Assembly (NCBI RefSeq): GCF_964204645.1
Contig: NC_134029.1
Location: 22,996,950-23,060,949, forward strand
Length of the DNA stretch: 64,000 nucleotides
Reading direction: 5' to 3'
From: Tubulanus polymorphus
Taxonomy: Eukaryota; Animalia; Nemertea
Shown here: piece after piece, positions 43,603-55,783 of the stretch
Layout of the letters: every line of letters begins with the position of its first letter
How positions within the stretch are numbered: position 1 is the first letter of the stretch
Notes under the pieces: model-generated
What the model was told of the DNA's origin: nothing
Database searches by the model: none
Seen by the model: the letters and a program-made list of their open reading frames with translations, nothing else
Translations under genes and position numbers: made by a program

Positions 43603-45155
43603 CTGAAAGTTTTAGAAATATAATTTGAAGTTTTATGTCATGAAATTGAAATGGTATTTCATAATACGCCTCACCAAAATGAGAGAAGTTTTTGTGAAAA
43701 CATACGAGTATCTGTTGCTGAAACTGTTCTGTTGACTTGAAACCGAATGCCACAGGGTACACCACTCGCTGAAAATATTCATTCGGAAAATCATTGATAA
43801 AGATTCATTTTATAGGTATGTAATAAATTGACCATGCAATACCCTAACAACAGTCTAATTAACTTACAAACTTTGTTGCGTAGCTTATGGGAAATATTTC
43901 CATTATCCCATACAAAGATGGTAAAAATGTATTCGGAAGGCCTCCAAATTCAAAAACTGTTTTCCATGTCAGTACAAAGCCCATTTCGATACAGTTTAAA
44001 TATCCATACTCCAAATAAAAAGAATAACTCAAAATATTTTTGAATCAGCAGTGAGCGATTTATTAAACATTTAAACTTCAGACCAATAAATACAGTGCAA
44101 GATGATTATATCTATTTTACAAAGGAATGTTCCAGGGGTTTAAATGGTAAACCCTGCCTAACTCAGACATGGACACTTTAGACTTCAGACAAAAACAAAA
44201 TAATTATCTATTTATATGTATTTTCCGCTTAACTGGAATTTCGCTTAAATCAGACCAATTTTACCATTCCTACAGTTTTGTCCCGAGTAAGGCGAGTTTA
44301 TTTGCAGTTGCCTTCATATTTAGACATCATTTTATAAATTAATTAAACTATCCATATACCGACATTTACATTGATTACATTATAAAATATGTAAATAACT
44401 ATTTGATATTCTATTCATGATGGCTTTAAAATGATAAATCATAAAGATTCCACTAAATACGCATTAACAATACAATACTAACAAAATTCCATGAATTCAT
44501 TCAACAATTGTATCAAATATCTAATTTAACAATTTCTATCATAATGCCAATTTACAATTCATAGCACCAAATTCACGATTCTAAAATCAACCTACATGTA
44601 TATATGATGTTATAAAAAGTAGCCTAGGTGCATTCTTTCCTGAGCCAGGATTGAAGCCCGGGCCCTTCACTTTTGAAGTAAGGTGGTGGGACATGCTAGT
44701 TCCCGGATTCACAAAAATTACCCTCGTCTAGCAATCTTATGATGAAAGCAACGCTGTTTTTTGCATTATCTCCCCAATAATACAGTATTTTTTGAAGAGA
44801 GCGAAGAAAATCACAGAGTTCATAAAAACTAACCTTTTCTACGATTTCTAGGAGAAAGGTTAGACTAAAATAAAATGATACCTTGTTTCTCCTAATCCTC
44901 CGGGTCATTCTGTTAATTGCAATTGAAATCAGTTCATTTCTTACCGCTTAGTCTGTTATGGTTAGCTTGATCATGATCTTATGAATAACGTACAGGGCAT
45001 CGAGGCTGCTGGCTGGGTCAACCTTTAAGCTCAACAGAAAGGGAAAACAAAGTATCAATTTCGCTAGCCTTATCTCTAATTTTTTAACCTTTCTCTGCAA
45101 TTTCGGGAACAGAGATTATTTACGTAAGTGAAGGACCCGGGAATGAAAAAACATT

Positions 45156-46358
45156 TCATCCTCCGATGAGAATCATAGGTCTATTTTTCATCGTCGCTAT
45201 ATTTAACATTCCAGCATGTTGTTTCTTCTTGCGTTTCACGGCGCGACCGATAATTTCCAACAATTGCGCGTCGTCCGTCGACGTCATCGTTCCGGAACGC
45301 AGCGCGTCGCGTAACGAAACCTCGTTGGCGCCGAACAAACAAACTTTCAAATTACCGTCCGCCGTTATACGCAGACGATTACACGAACCGCAAAAATGAT
45401 CGCTCATCGACGTGATGAAACCGACTCGACCGCGATAACCCGGTACCGCGTACGCTTTAGACGTATCGTTCGCACCGTCGTTCAAACGTTCGAAATCCGG
45501 CCAAACTTCGCGGATCGATTCGACCATTTTTTTATAGCTGACAAACTTTTTCAAATTCCAGCGATTTCCGTCGAACGGCATATACTCGATAAAACGCACG
45601 TCGATGTCTTTGTTTTCGGTTAATTTGACGAAATCGACGACTTCTTCCTCGTTGACTCCGTTCATCACGACGCAGTTTAATTTAACCGGGCTGTATCCGA
45701 GTTCTAACGCTTTATCCAAACTATTCATCACTTTATCCCAGCCTCTACGACGCGTAATGAATTCGAATTTCGCCGGAATCAACGTGTCCAAACTGATATT
45801 TATCAAATCGAGTCCGGCTCGTTTTAAATCGGGAAGTTTTCGACCTAACGTGATTCCGTTCGTCGTCATAGCGATCGTCTCTAAACCGTATTTTCGGAAT
45901 TTGTTCATTTCGCCGATAATCGATACGATATCCGGTCTAACGAGCGGTTCGCCACCTGTCAATCGTATTTTAGTCACGCCTTCTTTTACGAATAAGCGTG
46001 CGATCGTGATCACTTCGTCAGTCGTTAGCAGCTCATTTTTTGGACTTAGATCAACGCCTTCTTCGGGCATACAATACTGACATCTCAAGTTACATCGTTC
46101 GGTAAGCGAAATTCGGAGGTAATCATGTTGACGGGCGTACGTGTCAGTGAGGAACTCAGAAAATGGCCTGATTTCCTCGGTAAACTTAGACTTGACACCC
46201 TGCATTACATCGTTGCTTTGCGCTTTACTTGTGGTATCTGATACGAGACGATTTACGTGTTGTCTTACTGACAAACATGACTTAAATAGCTTAATTTTGT
46301 GAAAATTATAGACACTGTTGCGAATCATGTAAGTCGCCATTTTGTCCAAGCTGGTCAT
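45156..46358 (-). CDS. MOCS1: GTP 3',8-cyclase (MOCS1A/MoaA), intronless
   Basis: 400-aa ORF with radical-SAM [14 protein letters not shown], second cluster motif [20 protein letters not shown]-terminal MILIGG, and a basic N-terminal extension resembling a mitochondrial presequence. Confidence 0.97.
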   Translation of the reverse strand: MTSLDKMATYMIRNSVYNFHKIKLFKSCLSVRQHVNRLVSDTTSKAQSNDVMQGVKSKFTEEIRPFSEFLTDTYARQHDYLRISLTERCNLRCQYCMPEEGVDLSPKNELLTTDEVITIARLFVKEGVTKIRLTGGEPLVRPDIVSIIGEMNKFRKYGLETIAMTTNGITLGRKLPDLKRAGLDLINISLDTLIPAKFEFITRRRGWDKVMNSLDKALELGYSPVKLNCVVMNGVNEEEVVDFVKLTENKDIDVRFIEYMPFDGNRWNLKKFVSYKKMVESIREVWPDFERLNDGANDTSKAYAVPGYRGRVGFITSMSDHFCGSCNRLRITADGNLKVCLFGANEVSLRDALRSGTMTSTDDAQLLEIIGRAVKRKKKQHAGMLNIATMKNRPMILIGG

Positions 46359-47504
46359 GTGATTTATCTAGACGCTACATCCGCGGCAATCTCAGTGGGT
46401 TCGAATCCTGTAAATGTTTCACACGCGGGATTTTCAAACTTCTACTTTCACCAACACCAAAAGAAAGTAGCAATGATTTTTATATCATACAAAATATGAA
46501 AATGTGAAACATTTGATAATCATTGGAATTTTATAATTTAATTTTCCAATTACTTAATTCGGACATATGATACAGATTTCAGAACAATAATCCGTGTCTA
46601 AGGAAAACTCATACCTGAATAGATGTAAATAATTCCAAGGAAAAAGGTTGTCAGGAAAATCATAGCTTGTTCTTCTCTTACCACTGTAAGGATCCACCTA
46701 CTTCAGACACTGAAAGAATCCACCTACTTCAGCACGGACGGAATAATTCCAAATTTGAACTGGTGTGGCCACTGCGCACGGTTGACGTACCCGTTTATCG
46801 GGTCGCGTGAGTCCAATCAACCAGATCCACTTAATCCTTAAGTACGATGATGCGGGGCTTTTACATTTATTTGGCAAGGACGTTCTCTGAGTGAGGACGT
46901 TCTCTAGTGTAATTTAAGTCTTTCGCAAATCAGAGTGCCTGTCTCTGTCATTGAATCCAACGTGCACCGGTGGCTGTTTTTGGGTGTAAATGAATGTTTA
47001 AAGATTGATCCCGTCTGGTCAGCTGAAATTGAAAATGACCAATGTGTCGTGTCGTGATATGTGTTTTACTTTTTTTCTATAATGCATACTTTGACTTACA
47101 TTTCATATGACAATATCATCCGAATAAAAAGATCAGAAATCATAGCAGCTATGACATTAAGATGGAATTTTCTTAAAATCCGCTGCGAGTTCTTTTTTTT
47201 ATTCATTTCAGTTATTTTATACCGTGAAAAAAGGCACTAAAATGAACCACTTTTAAAAAATGATTATTCTCTTTTATCTAGAATGAATAAATGCGATAAC
47301 TTTTCAATGAGAAAAAATTTATATACGCCAAAAATTGTCTGATTTTCCATTTGATGGCTCGTATCAGAGAGTGTAAACGCGAACGACACATACAAAATAT
47401 TTCATATACTATATTAAAGCCTACAACTCTAAAGTGGAAAAGTCTGAATAAAATTACCAATCCAGCAAAAGCTTAATTTTGATATTCATTAATTCATGAT
47501 ATCG

Positions 47505-47693
47505 AGCGAGGGCACGCCCAATCAAAAAAGTTATTGGGATTCGAACCCACGCGTCGATTATGTGTCATTGACGGTCGTGACGTCACGAAGTGATATCAGT
47601 ACTATAAAATGGAAAAATTACCAAGATGATGAAATATCAGTAAAAGTACTAATCAACAACCATTCGGTATTGATTCATTGTTAAGATTAAAAG
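47505..47693 (+). promoter_or_regulatory. Probable HMGCR promoter and non-coding first exon
   Basis: CCAAT at 47518 and ATTGG at 47533; palindrome tcgTGACGTCAcga (CRE, 47575-47588); TATAAAA at 47603; donor aag|gtaagt at 47693. Confidence 0.6.
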
Positions 47694-48148
47694 GTAAGTT
47701 TTCGAGTGATATCTGTGATGTTTATGATGAGAAGGAGGAAAGATGAGAAAATGTGTAGAAACTTCAGCGTTTTCATCAAATTCAATTCAATAAAGATTTA
47801 TTGTATATCCTTGCTGTAGTTTTGAAACCGAAAGTTAGAATTGTTCACTAGATTTTACACGTCTACTGTTAAAGCATCACATATTAAGCTGTCTAACTAT
47901 TGCTATGCCCTTTGACCACAACCCTTATCCTTCCTTCTTAATCTTAACACTGTCAGTCAGTCAGTTAGTGATGGAAATGTTTGATCTTCCAAACTTAGTC
48001 TGAATACCAGTCGTTGTTACCGGTTGTTTGTAGAACGACGGCTAGGTACTAGACTAACGACTCCAAACTTTACCAGGCATCTATCTGTTCACTATTTCGA
48101 AACTTCTTGTTAATACTTTTTTGAAAACTTCTTGTTAATATTTTGTAG

Positions 48149-51100
48149 ATGGTACTGGCAGAAATATTCCACGCACATGGCCAGTTGTGCGCTTGTCATC
48201 CGTGGGAAGTAATCGTAGTTGCTTTAACCGTTACTATATGTCTACTGTCGATGCGTTCATTTCATCATCACGACGAACGGAAAATATGCGGTTGGAATTA
48301 CGATTGCGGCGACGAGACTCAACACGTGAGTATACATTAGTTAATGAGTGAAACCCACAGTTGATGTTTTAACAATTTATGGTCTGACTGCTTCGAAGTT
48401 TTGACTAAACTTCATCGTCACAGAAATGAAAATAATGTTATTGTCGTGTCTCCGATGATGAAGTCTAGTCAAAACTTTGAAACTGTCAGAATAAATTGTT
48501 AAAACATCAACTCTGAAATGCTGAGATCAACATCAATTTACCGGTCATAGAATAGATAAATGCGATATCTGTCGATCCAGTATTGATGAGTTTGAATCCT
48601 TGTGGCGACGAGTCGAAGATGCTGACCCCTTTTATCGGCAAAAAGGAAACCTCTAATCTGTTCATGAAACCCTGTGCTCGGCGGGTTTAAGAGTAAATTG
48701 AATAACACGTAATGTGATGTTTATATTTTTCTAGCCGTATCGCTCACGTGAAGTCCTAGTCTTCCTCACTGTCACCAAGTGTCTCGCTATCGTTTATATC
48801 TACGTACAATTTAGAAAACTGCGAAAACATGGCTCCAAATATCTATTAGGTAAACAACCGTTCGGTCGTGCGTTTCATGAGATTGATATAGTCGCAATCT
48901 CACGGATATTGTTTCCTGTTTTTAGGTATATCCGGATTATTTACGTTGTTCTCTAGTTTTGCATTTACGAGTGCAATGATTAGCGTTTTAGAAAACGATC
49001 TCGCTGAACTGAAGTAAGCATCAATAAAATCGAGTTTCTGATATTAAATGAAAAACAGCCCTTAAATGTGAAATAAAACTAAATCTCTTCTTCTATTTTT
49101 CAGCGAAGCTTTCCCGTTCTTTCTGCTGTTAGTAGATTTATGCAAGGCTAGCACTCTAGCCAGATTTGCGTTGAACTCCGGATCGCAGGTGAAAAATTTT
49201 TGATGCTTAAATTGGTCGACAAACTCTTAACCATGCAGGTATCTGTGAACGTCAATGATGTTCTATTCTCGTTACAGGCTGAATTGAAAGATAATATAGC
49301 GAAAGGTATGGCCAAACTCGGGCCTATGATAACACTAGATGCCTTCGTAGAGTTACTAGTTATTAGTGTCGGTACACTGTCAGGTAAAGTACTTACTCAT
49401 CGGTAGACTGATATAAATCTCATTATTTCAGAGTTAATGAGCAAAACCCACAGTTGATGATATAACAGTTAATTTTCTGACAGTTTTGAAGTTTGTAGAT
49501 TAAATTTGTCATCACAGAAACAAAAATAGAAGAAAATCTATCTTGGTTTTTTCGGATGATGAAGTTTAATCTAAATTTCGAAACTCAGAGTAATATGTTA
49601 AATCATCAGCTACATGTTTTGCTCGTTGAAGTACTTACTGTTTACGATGAATTGAAGAAATGTTTGAATAGTGAGCTCAGGGATGTGTCCTGTTCTAATA
49701 GTGAGCTCGGGGATGTGTCCTGTTCTAATAGTGAGCTCGGGGATGTGTCCTGTTCTAATAGTGAGCTCGGGGATGTGTCCTGTTCTAATAGTGAGCTCGG
49801 GGATGTGTCCTGTTCTAATAGTGAGCTCGGGGATGTGTCCTGTTCTAATAGTGAGCTCGGGGATGTGTCCTGTTCTAATAGTGAGCTCGGGGATGTGTCC
49901 TGTTCTAATAGTGAGCTCGGGGATGTGTCCTGTTCTAATAGTGAGCTCGGGGATGTGTCCTGTTCTAATAGTGAGCTCGGGGATGTGTCCTGTTCTAATA
50001 GTGAGCTCGGGGATGTGTCCTGTTCTAATAGTGAGCTCTGTCTTAATTAATGATTTTCAGGTGTACAACATTTAGAAACAATCTGTTGGTTAGGCTGCTT
50101 ATCGGTAGTCGTCAATTATCTCGCATTTATGACATTTTATCCTGCCTGTCTTGCTCTGGTGCTAGAGGTGAGCGTCAAGAAATTGCTGTTATCTTGCCCT
50201 TTCGTAGAATAGAAAATTTTCATTTAAGGGTAAAAGAAATCATGAAAATGTTTCATTTCATTTCAGTTATCTCGTGGATTGCGGGATGGTCGACCGGCTT
50301 GGCAAATCAAAGAAGTGGCCTCGAAAATGTTATTAGAAGACGAAAATCGTTTGAAACCGAATCCAGTTTCGCAAAGAGTGAAAATCATCATGGTACGTTT
50401 ATTAAATTTCTAGGACAGAGCTGCCAACTGTTGCTACTATGACAATGAATACTGTTTTGATTTGTTTGCGTACAGAGATATGAAAGATGTTACTGAATGT
50501 CTTATTGTCGATTACTGATTGATTTGAACATTTTCTTTCATATTTATATGTTATTGATTGCACTTTTCTGAGGTTGGCAACACTATAGAATTTCAAAGTT
50601 CATGTAGCGGTATAGACTGTTGCTGGTCCAAATTTTTCTCATGATTTGCGATATTATATTTTTAGTCTGCTGGTTTAGTTCTTGTTCACGCTCATAGTCG
50701 CCTAGTAACATCGCAGTCAACTTCAGGTTTAGTTTCGCAATTCCCGTCAGTGTTCAAGAAAATCGAACCCGAGATCCCTTTCTGGCAGTTTTATATCTAC
50801 AGGTTTGTATTTTACTATTCGAACCTCATATAAATCAGATTGATTATATAAATGTCTGTTTCAAAATATAACCAGTATGAAAAATCTTCAAAATGTCAAG
50901 AAAAGCGATCTGTGGCACAAGCTGAATTAAAGTTTAAGAAATGTTATCCTTTTCTGTCCAAATTGTGACCAATAGCTGATGTAATTGTACCTTGACATGG
51001 AAAAATCTGGAAAAATTATGCGGGAAAAAGTGTGATAAATCCCGATATTTTGTTTTGAATGACAATTATAAGGAGATGATATGAAATTCCTGAGTTCATC

Positions 51101-54100
51101 AATCTAACCCCTGATCCCCTGATAAGTTCCAATAAAACCTAGCTTCATTATATCCCGCATTGAAAACATTGTTTATTTGTTGACCAGATGTTTGCGTTTA
51201 AAGGCTTTAGTAAAGTTCTCATTCTGTTTAATTTGTTTGTTTACATATCTAAACGTCCTTACTGTCTTCTGCTCCTATTGTGGCTAGTAAATATAGCTGT
51301 CCCTAAACAGTGTATTCAATCATTATATGCGAACTACTCGCATACCTGAATACTGATTTCAATGATTTACGGATGATTTTAAGTTAACCTTTGATGAAAC
51401 GTTATGTCTGTGTTGTGAAGAATGAAAATTAATGTCTGAAATGTTTCTATGAGTTAAAGATTTATTCATCGTTTTGGACTTATGTTATAGTTATCTTCAG
51501 GAATACTGATTCAGTGGCCAGTATTCCTTAAGATGACTTAAGTAAACAACTACCTCAAGGAAAATTTTGCACTATTTCCTAATCTTATTGTAGGATTTTA
51601 TGATTCTAAGTTATGCTATTGATTACAGAGAGTTGGCGAATGTTGACGTCGCAATCGCGGTTTTATTGACGTTTTTCGTCATCGTTAAATACGTTTTCTT
51701 CGATGAAGATTCAGAAACAGAAGAATCTACTGCGACCTCAACGACAGTGGCATTACCATCTCATCACGATCAACAATCTCAAACACTGCCACCTAGCGAT
51801 CAAATCGATAATGCATTCAACGAAGTGATGAATTCTTTGTCAGTACCTGTCGTTACTTTTGGGGTGAGTGTACTATGACGATTCAATTTACGATCATCAG
51901 TTAGATTTTAGTTAGAATTGACACGTTTAAATCTAAGGTAAAATCAAAAACCATGATGTAGATATCTTATGTAGTGAAATGGCATTGAATGGGTTGTTTT
52001 TTTTAGCGTCGTACAGCGCATTTCAGTATCGGAGATGATTACAGCGATGACGACGATGATGAGAATAACGATGTATTATTTGAGGAGAAATCTACTCAGA
52101 CCGGTGATGATGAGGTGAATGATTTCGATGCTGTAATGTCACCCACTGATCGACCGGTACGACCTATAGACGAATGTAAGCGCATTCTGAAACTCGATGT
52201 AAGTCATGTGTGTATTGTGTACATAATTCCGCCCAACCTAGGGCTTTACCTCGAGCTGATTTCTATGTCTAAAAGATTATGTTTTTACTGGTTTCATCAA
52301 TCTACGATTCACTGGTTGAAGATCTTAGTTTTCCTTTGCCTCATGGATCTTGCCATTTGGAGTAGAAACATGGATTTATGTTTATTGCTGGTCTCATCTA
52401 TCACCGCTTGAGTTCAGTTTTGATGATTATTAGGCCTCTCCGGCCACATTGCATAAAAACGTTTCTCCAATTAGATTTTTATTCTAGAAAATGATTCAAT
52501 CCAAACTTATCTAAGTATCAGTGGTGTTGGAACGGAAGCGACTGCAGCGGCCAAAGCTGCGGCAGTAATTCACTGAATGACGTTTTTTTTTTCTTTGAAT
52601 ACCATGTTTTTGAAGAAAATTAAGTAAATTCGCCGCGGCAATATTTATAACCTGTTCAAAATCGGTATTTGGCCACAGCAATCAAAAATTGCTTCCAACG
52701 CGCATGAGTATTATATAATCAATAATCTGTGACATGTATATGTTTGTGTAGGATGGACCGTCACAGCTGTCAGATGACGAGGTGCTAGCGTTGGTGCGTT
52801 GTAAACACATCCCGTCTTATAAAATAGAGAGCGTATTGTCTGATTACGGTCGCGGTGTATCGATTCGTCGTAAACTCGTGTCTTCTAATATTTCAACCTC
52901 GACTCAATCGCTAGAAAATCTTCCGTATGAACACTACGATTATAAATATGTAAGTATTTCTCAAGATCGTTGAATATTTAGCTCAGTTTTAGGCAGGTTT
53001 CGATATAGTTAGTTACCTGATCGTAATATTTTATGATCGGATGGGCTTGAAAATATCTGATTGTGAAACTAAACCGCAGACGTGTTAATGACTAGTTATG
53101 ATTGGCCTCTACCGATTCTGAAATTCTCTTCTGGCGCTATCGTTTTCGACCGGATAACGCTCTACCTATTCTGGAATAGCAAACGCGATGTGGCTGATAG
53201 AGAGTTTGTAATCCAGAATAGATATTCCTTAACTGGAATACGTTTTGAATCAGTTATTCTGTCTGCTATTATACAGGTAGACGGAGCCTGTTGCGAGAAT
53301 GTTATAGGATATATGCCGATACCGGTAGGTGTCGCCGGCCCGCTTGTACTCGATGGCAAACGATATCAGGTTCCCATGGCGACTACTGAGGGCACGTTAG
53401 TAGCGAGCACCAACCGAGGATGCCGAGCTTTATCAGTAAGTTGTCATTCGACTGAAATTTACTCGATGTTTCTCATCGGCGATGTTTAAAACGAAGCTAT
53501 TTGTATTTTAGATGGGAACTGGCGTGCAGAGCTCGGTGATCGGCGATGGAATGACCAGAGCACCCGTTCTAAGACTACCTCGAATTCAAGACGCCAGTTT
53601 GGTTAAACACTGGTTAGATCTACCTGAAAACTATTCCATGATAAAAGACAGTTTTGATTCAACGAGCAGGTAATGTATTCAGTTAGTTCAAATCATCTTT
53701 CCGTAGGTTATCTGTATCGCCCCCCTTAGCGCGTCTAGGCTCTCATCATAATGATTGTTTTACTGGTTCGTTCGTAGATTTGCTCGCTTGCACGATTTAA
53801 AATCCGCTCAGGCCGGACGGAATTTGTACCTGAGATTTATCGCAAGGACAGGTGATGCAATGGGAATGAATATGTTATCGAAGGTAAGGAAGAGATCAAT
53901 TGTGAGGATTTTTCTCCCCCTAAAACTCTTTCGTTGAAAAAGATTTCTTCTTTATTTCGTAACTCACAGGGTTCTGAAAAAGCCATCAAGATGTTGTGTG
54001 AGCTTTTTCCCGATATTGAAGTATTGAGCATTAGTGGTAATTACTGCATTGATAAGAAGCCATCAGCAATAAACTGGTACGTAATCAATCTCCTGTTTTC

Positions 54101-55783
54101 CTTTGATACTGCTTTAAACAGGGTTTTAAGTTTCCCACTTAACTGGAAATCAGGGAAAAGTCATTGAATGTTTTTTTCTTTAAAAAAGTCACGGATAAGT
54201 CAGAGAATTTTGTAAAGAAGCTGAAGAGTCAGGGAAATTTGTTGAGATTGCTCAAATCCAAGTTTCTGTCTATGTTTTACATATTTGACAGTGTTAGTCG
54301 ATCGAAATCTTAGCAAGTTAGATCTTAGTAGATCAAGTCAGGGAAGAAGTGGCCCTCTGTTAAATCTAGCTCCTTTCATGTAAACAATAAGATGATTTCT
54401 GAATAATTCTTCAGGATCGAAGGTCGAGGAAAGTCAGTTGTTTGCGATGCCGTGATTCCTGCTGAAATAGTGAAAAGCGTATTGAAGACGTCGGTGCCGG
54501 CGCTGGTCGAGTTGAACATTAACAAGAATCTAGTCGGTTCAGCGATGGCCGCCAGTATCGGTGGCTTCAACGCTCACGCTGCTAATATTGTCACCGCTAT
54601 ATTCATCGCGACAGGACAGGTAAATATTGAATGGTCAAAAAATGTCCTGGGTTTATCTTTTGTAAACAGCTCTTTTCGTCACATTGATATTTGAGGAGCC
54701 TACAATATGAAGTAAAACTAATAAGAGGATTTTGATGTTTCAACTCAAATGCCTTTAGGCATTTTCAAAACAGATTTATATCCCGAGTACATCTGTGGGT
54801 TTCTTTTTCAATTGAATTAGACGGTCACTTGTTAATGGAAACCAAGCTCTTCTTGTAGCATTAAATGATTTGTATTTTTTCTAAAGGATCCCGCTCAGAA
54901 TGTCGCCAGTTCGAACTGTATAACGCTAATGGAAGCAACCGGTGAAAACAATGACGATCTATTGATAAGTGTCACAATGCCGTGTATTGAAGTAGGCACT
55001 GTGGGTGGAGGAACTGTGCTTCCTCCACAGGCTGCGTGTTTAGAGGTACGACAAAGTTTGCTGCACGTAAATAAATAAAGACTTCACACTGATGATGATA
55101 TTATGATTATTGAAATATTTACTGGTATCTGTTTGTTGATTTGTAGATGTTAGGAGTTTGTGGTGCTAGTTCAGTGAATCCCGGTGAAAACGCGTGTCAG
55201 TTAGCGAGAATAATCTGTGCTACAGTATTAGCCGGTGAATTGAGTCTAATGTCAGCTCTAGCTGCCGGTCACCTCGTCCGTAGTCATATGAGACACAATA
55301 GGTAAATAGAATAGAGAACTGAAACTACACCAGCTATCTCGCTTAAACACGTTACGAGCACTCGGCCCCTTACTTCGTCGAAATTAGTTCATTATCGATC
55401 AACTTCGAACTGAATTTTAGGCTCCTGAATCCATACATTATCACAATCAATTCATTGATCCTATTCAGAGAAAAGTTCCATCGTACTTTATTGAAATTTA
55501 GAAGAAATTGAACGGGGAAGAAACCGAGTTACTACAAGCAACACTAATAGTGGAGGCATTGATTGGATGTTCCCTGTTACTCCATCACCCAGTACAGAAC
55601 TATGTCTAAAAATAAATTGTGAAAAAACTTTCTTATGGTCTTTACAGGTCTACGTTGAGTATGTTAGGCACGGCATCGGCGCTGCCCACAAAATCATCGG
55701 ATTGTTTACAGAGTGAAAATCAAGTAACCGTTAAATCGGACGACTCGAAATTAACAGAGGCGCTTAAACTGGAAAAACGGTAG
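48149..55783 (+). CDS. HMGCR: 3-hydroxy-3-methylglutaryl-CoA reductase
   Basis: 19 coding exons: 48149-48325 ([14 protein letters not shown]), 48735-48849, 48926-49013, 49104-49188, 49278-49383, 50061-50167, 50267-50392, 50666-50802, 51629-51863, 52007-52198, 52752-52949, 53277-53435 ([16 protein letters not shown]), 53512-53669, 53778-53883 (TGDAMGMNM), 53970-54076 (DKKPSAINW), 54415-54619, 54887-55045, 55147-55301 ([11 protein letters not shown]), 55648-55783. Confidence 0.97.
48358..48514. repeat. Long palindromic repeat, second copy at ~49433-49628
   Basis: cagttgatgttttaacaattt..gaagttttgactaaacttcatcgtc pairs with gatgatgaagtctagtcaaaacttt..aaattgttaaaacatcaact. Confidence 0.75.
49667..50038. 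repeat. 30-bp minisatellite (aatagtgagctcggggatgtgtcctgttct), ~12 copies
   Basis: Near-perfect copies in an HMGCR intron, ending ~22 nt before the acceptor. Confidence 0.97.

Noticed and set aside
45166-46080. Plus-strand ORFs antisense to MOCS1A (also antisense ORFs over the last INSR exon)
   Set aside because: Shadow ORFs produced by GC/CpG-rich codon usage on the coding strand.
46380-46430. Possible tRNA gene (gtgggttcgaatcc), likewise at 12701 and 47536
   Set aside because: Only a box-B/T-loop motif; no box A, D arm or acceptor stem.
49556-50075. ORFs with [10 protein letters not shown] repeats
   Set aside because: 30-bp intronic minisatellite; the HMGCR exons splice around it in phase.
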